Source: Ignavibacteriales bacterium (GTDB taxonomy: Bacteria; Bacteroidota; Ignavibacteria; Ignavibacteriales; DAOSCP01). From it: a stretch of 64,000 bases of DNA. The stretch spans positions 6,706-70,705 of the forward strand of contig DAOSVM010000004.1 in assembly GCA_035379625.1 (NCBI GenBank), read 5' to 3'. Under the pieces are notes generated by a model that saw only the letters and a list, made by a program, of their open reading frames with translations, searched no databases and was not told the origin of the DNA. The stretch's first letter is position 1. Every line of letters starts with the position of its first letter. This document shows, piece after piece, positions 59,308-64,000 of this stretch. A program made the position numbers and the translations under genes.

Positions 59308-61836
59308 ATGAGAAAAATAATATTAATATCGGTAATACTAATAGGAAATATTTTTGGTGGTGTAACGGGAAAAATAGTTGGAAAAGTTGTTGATGGTGTT
59401 ACAAAAGAACCTTTGCCTTATGTAAGAATAACTGTGATGCAAAATTTTAGTGATTTAAGTTTAGAAGAAATGATGAATATAGATGTAAGTAAAGCAAAGA
59501 CATATACAGCGATAACTGATAAGGATGGGAAATTTGTAATATTAAATATATCACCTGGTAAATATAATGTAAAAGCAAATTTAATTGGATATAAAACAGC
59601 AGTTTATGATGAAATTCAAATATATGTTGATTTAACTACCAGAGTTGATTTTGAAATGATGCCAACGTCAATTCAAACATCGGAGGTTTTAGTAGTAGCA
59701 AAACGTCCAGCTATACAAAAAGATATGACAAGTTCAATATCGAGGGTTTCATCAGAAGAGATAAGTAGTTTGCCAGTTACAAGTTTTACGGATATACTTT
59801 CCATTCAAGCAGGTGTAAGTGGTAGTGGTGGTAATATTCATATAAGAGGTGGAAGGAGTGGAGAGGTTGCTTTTATGATAGATGGAATGTATGTACAAGA
59901 TCCGTTAACTGGGTCATTATCGGCTGATGTAAGTAAGGATGCTATACAAGAATTAACTTTATTGAGTGGTACTTTTAATGCAGAGTATGGTAATGCAATG
60001 AGTGGTGTTGTTAATATTGTGACTAAAGATGGACCTGAAATTTTTACGGGTAAAGTTGATTATAAGACTAGTGAATTTGGTATAAAAAAATATGCAGATT
60101 ATCATCAAAGGAGGTTGAGTGTTTCGTTTGGTGGGCCATTGATACCAAATTTTCTTAAATTATTTTCTACAATTGAAAATGAAGATAGAGGAAGTTATTT
60201 ACCATTTGGCTTTTCGCACAACCAAACAGCTTTTGCGAAGTTTAGTTTTGCGCCACTAAGTACATCATTTGGGAATTTGAAATTTTCAACATCGCAAAGA
60301 GTGAATTGGTTTAAAAGACAAAGCTATGATCATCAATGGAAATATATTCCTGAAATGTATTCAATATCAAGAGGTTGGAGCTATCAACCGATGTTGAATT
60401 TGACACATACTATAACAAATAATATATTTTATGATTTAAGAATATCTTATTTTACACAGGGGTATTTTAATGGAGTTGATAAGGATACATCTGAAATTAT
60501 AGCAAGAAATCAAAGGATTTATGATGAAACTAAGGGTAATGGGACAGAGTTTTGGAAATATGCTCATCCTTTAACAAGAACAGATGATAGGACTTCCACA
60601 CTGGATATTAAATACGATTTAGTTTGGCAAATTGACGAGTATAACGAAGTTAAGACGGGTTTGCAGACGAAAAAGCATTGGTTAAAGAGATTTTCTATAG
60701 ATGGTATAAAAGATCCAATAAATCAACAATATGTTGATGATTACAGAGCAGATGAACCAATAGAATTTGCAGCATATTTACAGGATAAAATAGAATTAGG
60801 TTATTTAATTTTAAATTTGGGCTTACGATATGATTATTTGAATACTAATGTTGTTGTAAGAAGAAATCCTTTAGATCCTACATCAACATTTAAAGTAAAA
60901 CCTAGAACGCAGTTAAGTCCCAGAATTGGTATAGCACATCCAATTTCAGAAAATACAAAATTACATTTTTCTTATGGGCATTTTTTCCAGAATCCTGATT
61001 ACCAATATATATATGAAAATAAAGAATATAAAGTAAGTGTTAGGGAGCCGTCGTTTGGTTCACCAGATTTAGATGCACAAAGAACAATAGCATATGAAGT
61101 TGGGATAGATCATCAATTTAATAATGGAAGTTTGATAAGTTTTGCTGCATATTACAAAGATATAACTGGTTTGATAGGTACAATGTATTATCCTGCTTAT
61201 ATGCGTCCTGGACAGTATGTACCGTATTTTCTTTATGTAAATGGTGATTACGCAAATGTTAAAGGATTTGAAATTTCGTATGATATTAAATTTAATAAGT
61301 ATTTTAGCACGGATATAAATTATACCTATTCAGTTGCAAAGGGGAATGCGTCTTCAGTTGAGTTTACAACTGTAAAACCTACAAATTTGTATTATTTGAG
61401 TTTTGATCAAACTCATATATTCAATGTTTCTACTTTGTTTTTAATTCCAAAAAATTCAGGACCAACGGTATTTGGGAGCAAAATATTTAGCGATATGGGC
61501 TTTAATTTCATAATGAAATTAGCAAGTGGTTATCCATATACACCAGGTGGTAGAGATGCAGGTTTTCAAATACCAAATTCTTTAAGAATGCCAATGAGAT
61601 TCAATTTGGATATTATAGTTGATAAAATGATAGAATTGCCATATAGAACAAAATTGAAATTATATGTTGAATTATTAAATGCTACAAATTACAAAAATGT
61701 ATTATATGTTTATCCTGATACAGGAGAGCCGGATGTTACTTTTATGTATCCTTTTGCATCAGTGGATTACATAAAAGATCCATCTAATTATGGAGAGCCT
61801 AGATATATCCGAATAGGAGCAAGTTTACAATTTTAA
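59308..61836 (+). CDS. TonB-dependent receptor
   Basis: N-terminal carboxypeptidase-regulatory-like domain, plug (IRGGRSGE, GTFNAEYGNAMSGVVNIVTK), SPRIG, C-terminal Phe. Confidence 0.92.
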   Translation: MRKIILISVILIGNIFGGVTGKIVGKVVDGVTKEPLPYVRITVMQNFSDLSLEEMMNIDVSKAKTYTAITDKDGKFVILNISPGKYNVKANLIGYKTAVYDEIQIYVDLTTRVDFEMMPTSIQTSEVLVVAKRPAIQKDMTSSISRVSSEEISSLPVTSFTDILSIQAGVSGSGGNIHIRGGRSGEVAFMIDGMYVQDPLTGSLSADVSKDAIQELTLLSGTFNAEYGNAMSGVVNIVTKDGPEIFTGKVDYKTSEFGIKKYADYHQRRLSVSFGGPLIPNFLKLFSTIENEDRGSYLPFGFSHNQTAFAKFSFAPLSTSFGNLKFSTSQRVNWFKRQSYDHQWKYIPEMYSISRGWSYQPMLNLTHTITNNIFYDLRISYFTQGYFNGVDKDTSEIIARNQRIYDETKGNGTEFWKYAHPLTRTDDRTSTLDIKYDLVWQIDEYNEVKTGLQTKKHWLKRFSIDGIKDPINQQYVDDYRADEPIEFAAYLQDKIELGYLILNLGLRYDYLNTNVVVRRNPLDPTSTFKVKPRTQLSPRIGIAHPISENTKLHFSYGHFFQNPDYQYIYENKEYKVSVREPSFGSPDLDAQRTIAYEVGIDHQFNNGSLISFAAYYKDITGLIGTMYYPAYMRPGQYVPYFLYVNGDYANVKGFEISYDIKFNKYFSTDINYTYSVAKGNASSVEFTTVKPTNLYYLSFDQTHIFNVSTLFLIPKNSGPTVFGSKIFSDMGFNFIMKLASGYPYTPGGRDAGFQIPNSLRMPMRFNLDIIVDKMIELPYRTKLKLYVELLNATNYKNVLYVYPDTGEPDVTFMYPFASVDYIKDPSNYGEPRYIRIGASLQF

Positions 61837-61848
61837 TTAGGTAGAATT

Positions 61849-64000
61849 ATGAAAAAAATAGTATTAACTTTATTATTGTCTATAATCGTATTTGCTCAAG
61901 TTGATAACAGAGATTATAACCAAAGAAGTTCTGAATTGAAAAAGAGTTCTGGTATCAACGATAGAGCAGCAGGAATACACAATGCTAGTAACATAGGTTT
62001 GTTTTTTGAAAATCGCGGCAAATTTTATCCAAGAAGATTAACACAGGGGCCATCAGGTGAATTTCCTATCAATACTGGTCAACATTATATTTATTATTTG
62101 AATCCTTTTATGGGTATAAAAGATAATGTTGTACAAGGAAAATTTAGGAGAAATGAAGAATTTGAGGCTGTAGGTGGATATCATAATCCTGCAAATGCAA
62201 AAGTTGCAATGAGTGATGATCCTACCAGTTGGCCAGAAACTGGTTGGCCAGTTAAGGATAAATTTGGTAATCCAATAATTTTATCTTTTCAAGATAGTTA
62301 TTGTGCTTATTCAGATGAATTAAATTCAGTAAGTAAATTAGGAATTTATGTTTATCAAACTGGGTATGCTTATGGAATTGATAAATTCAAAAATATTCTT
62401 TTCTTTAAATTCGATATTGTCAATAAAGGGAATAAGGATTTAAATGATTTTTATTTTGGTATGCACTCGGATATAGATGTAGGCAATCTTACGGGAGGAA
62501 CACCAGAATATGACGATGATAAGATAGGTTACGAAAAAGATAAGAATTTTTTGTATTATTATGATACAGATGGTCGCCCGGGCTCTGAATGGCCTAATCC
62601 TCCGGGATATTTTGGAATAACTTTCTTAAAAACACCTAAAAGTAAAGAAAATAGATCAGGGATAACAGATTTTCATTGGTATGTTACAGATAGTTGGCAG
62701 GACGTGGATTCAATAGAATATGGTATTTTATCAAGTGCCAAATCATTATATTTATCATCAGAGGGTGCAAAAATATTTCATCCAGGAGTAAACTTACCGG
62801 AGTTAAGATATGATGATCCAAACACTGTTGGACCAAATGGGAACGATGTTGCAGCTATGGTAAGTTGGGGGCCATATGATCTTAAAAAAGATTCTAGTAT
62901 TACAATTATTATAGCACTTGTGGCCGGTAAAGACTATAATGAATTAATTCAATATTGGAATTCAGCTAATGAAGTTGTTAATAAATATAATTTTGAACTA
63001 AGTAAGCCACCTATAACACCAAATTTGAGGGGAGAAGCTGGCGATAGAAAAGTTAAATTATGGTGGGATCAAGTTGCTGATAATTCTGTTGATAATTTTT
63101 CTAAACAAAGAGATTTTGAAGGTTATCGGTTATACAGAAGTAATGATAAAGGGGCTACTTGGTCTTTAATTTATAGTTGCGATAAAGAAAATTATATTGG
63201 AAAAGATGTTGGGATTCAATACGCTTATGTTGATTCCACTGTTATGAATGGGTTTGAATATTGGTACACCTTAACAGCATATGATAGAGGGGATAGTGCA
63301 GTTGTATCTTTAGAATCACCAAAGGGGAATACATTAAATTCACCAAATACTGTATCGTTAGTTCCACGTGCTGATGCGATAGGGCGAATTGCAACAAAAG
63401 CAATAAACATTTCAAAATATGCTGGAAAATCTAATGTTAATCTAACAGTTTATCCGAAGGATGATATCTCACTTGATGGAAATGAATATAAAATAAAATT
63501 TGTATATAAATTTGAAAATGAAATTGGTAATTTGAAGTCATATGCTGATTATATAAAAGTTTTAGATACAAATAAAACAGGTCCTGGAAAATTTGCTTTT
63601 TATTATACGAAAAATGCTCCTTATGAAGTAGACCTTATTAATATGTTTACCGATGAAAAAATAAAAGAAGGACAGAGTTATTTCTTTTCTTTAAAAACAA
63701 AATTGATACCAGGTCTTGAAGTGTTTATAAAAGATTTAAATAATTCGTCTACTCCTACAGATTCATTACCTAAATTTAATGATATGTTTTCTGTTAATTT
63801 TAGTGTAATGTGCTTAAAAGGGAGTGATACCGTTTTAAAACCCACACTTTTTAACTATGACCGTTTATACGCAACTTCTGATGGAATTGTGTTTAAATTT
63901 TCGCAACCAACTGGTAGCCAAATTCCTATTAGAGTAAATGATGTTTATAAATTCAAAGTAATAAAAGCTGAAATAGTGAAAGATGAATTAAAAAGAAATT
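61849..64000 (+). CDS. Large secreted TonB-receptor partner protein (3' end outside window)
   Basis: Not in the ORF track because it has no stop in the window. ATG 61849 gives MKKIVLTLLLSIIVFAQ...; later PPITPNL...GDRKVKLWWD...DFEGYRLYRS...YVDSTVMNGFEYWYTLTAYDRG (FN3-like). Confidence 0.85.
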   Translation, partial: MKKIVLTLLLSIIVFAQVDNRDYNQRSSELKKSSGINDRAAGIHNASNIGLFFENRGKFYPRRLTQGPSGEFPINTGQHYIYYLNPFMGIKDNVVQGKFRRNEEFEAVGGYHNPANAKVAMSDDPTSWPETGWPVKDKFGNPIILSFQDSYCAYSDELNSVSKLGIYVYQTGYAYGIDKFKNILFFKFDIVNKGNKDLNDFYFGMHSDIDVGNLTGGTPEYDDDKIGYEKDKNFLYYYDTDGRPGSEWPNPPGYFGITFLKTPKSKENRSGITDFHWYVTDSWQDVDSIEYGILSSAKSLYLSSEGAKIFHPGVNLPELRYDDPNTVGPNGNDVAAMVSWGPYDLKKDSSITIIIALVAGKDYNELIQYWNSANEVVNKYNFELSKPPITPNLRGEAGDRKVKLWWDQVADNSVDNFSKQRDFEGYRLYRSNDKGATWSLIYSCDKENYIGKDVGIQYAYVDSTVMNGFEYWYTLTAYDRGDSAVVSLESPKGNTLNSPNTVSLVPRADAIGRIATKAINISKYAGKSNVNLTVYPKDDISLDGNEYKIKFVYKFENEIGNLKSYADYIKVLDTNKTGPGKFAFYYTKNAPYEVDLINMFTDEKIKEGQSYFFSLKTKLIPGLEVFIKDLNNSSTPTDSLPKFNDMFSVNFSVMCLKGSDTVLKPTLFNYDRLYATSDGIVFKFSQPTGSQIPIRVNDVYKFKVIKAEIVKDELKRN

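Noticed and set aside
1416..63410. Numerous short antisense or alternate-frame ORFs in the track (e.g. 15969-16454, 31707-32150, 39764-40102)
   Set aside because: They lie within well-supported genes and are shadow ORFs with no motifs.

Overview
AT-rich chromosomal window from an FCB-group bacterium, most likely Ignavibacteria-like (inferred from the T9SS C-terminal sorting domains, the 11-subunit nuo operon and the TonB receptor plus large partner gene). In order it holds: the 3' part of dnaB; a dcw cluster (mraZ to ftsZ); a phosphohexomutase and a DUF1624-like membrane protein; two tandem hemerythrins, the first broken by an in-frame TAG; an MFS sugar transporter with an exported amylo-alpha-1,6-glucosidase; two orphan sensor kinases; a T9SS nuclease; lolCDE-like genes; five tRNAs (Pro, Arg, His, two identical Glu); nuoABCDHIJKLMN without nuoEFG; an LTA-synthase/sulfatase gene broken by an in-frame TAA; a beta-barrel protein, a nitroreductase and an OlsF-like acyltransferase. 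Two things stand out. (1) A PUL-like putative cyanophycin-scavenging locus (53.7 kb to the window end): M20 peptidase, exported cyanophycinase, YfcC transporter, T9SS protein, RpiR regulator, TonB receptor and a large partner protein, with a perfect operator-like palindrome over its promoter. (2) An unannotated family of GC-rich multi-hairpin repeats, six termini in all. These form two transposase-less 531/615-bp elements with ~35-bp terminal inverted repeats and TA ends, plus two solo ends. The hairpins show compensatory base changes, and the elements share internal palindromes. All product calls come from motif recognition by eye; no database searches were run.
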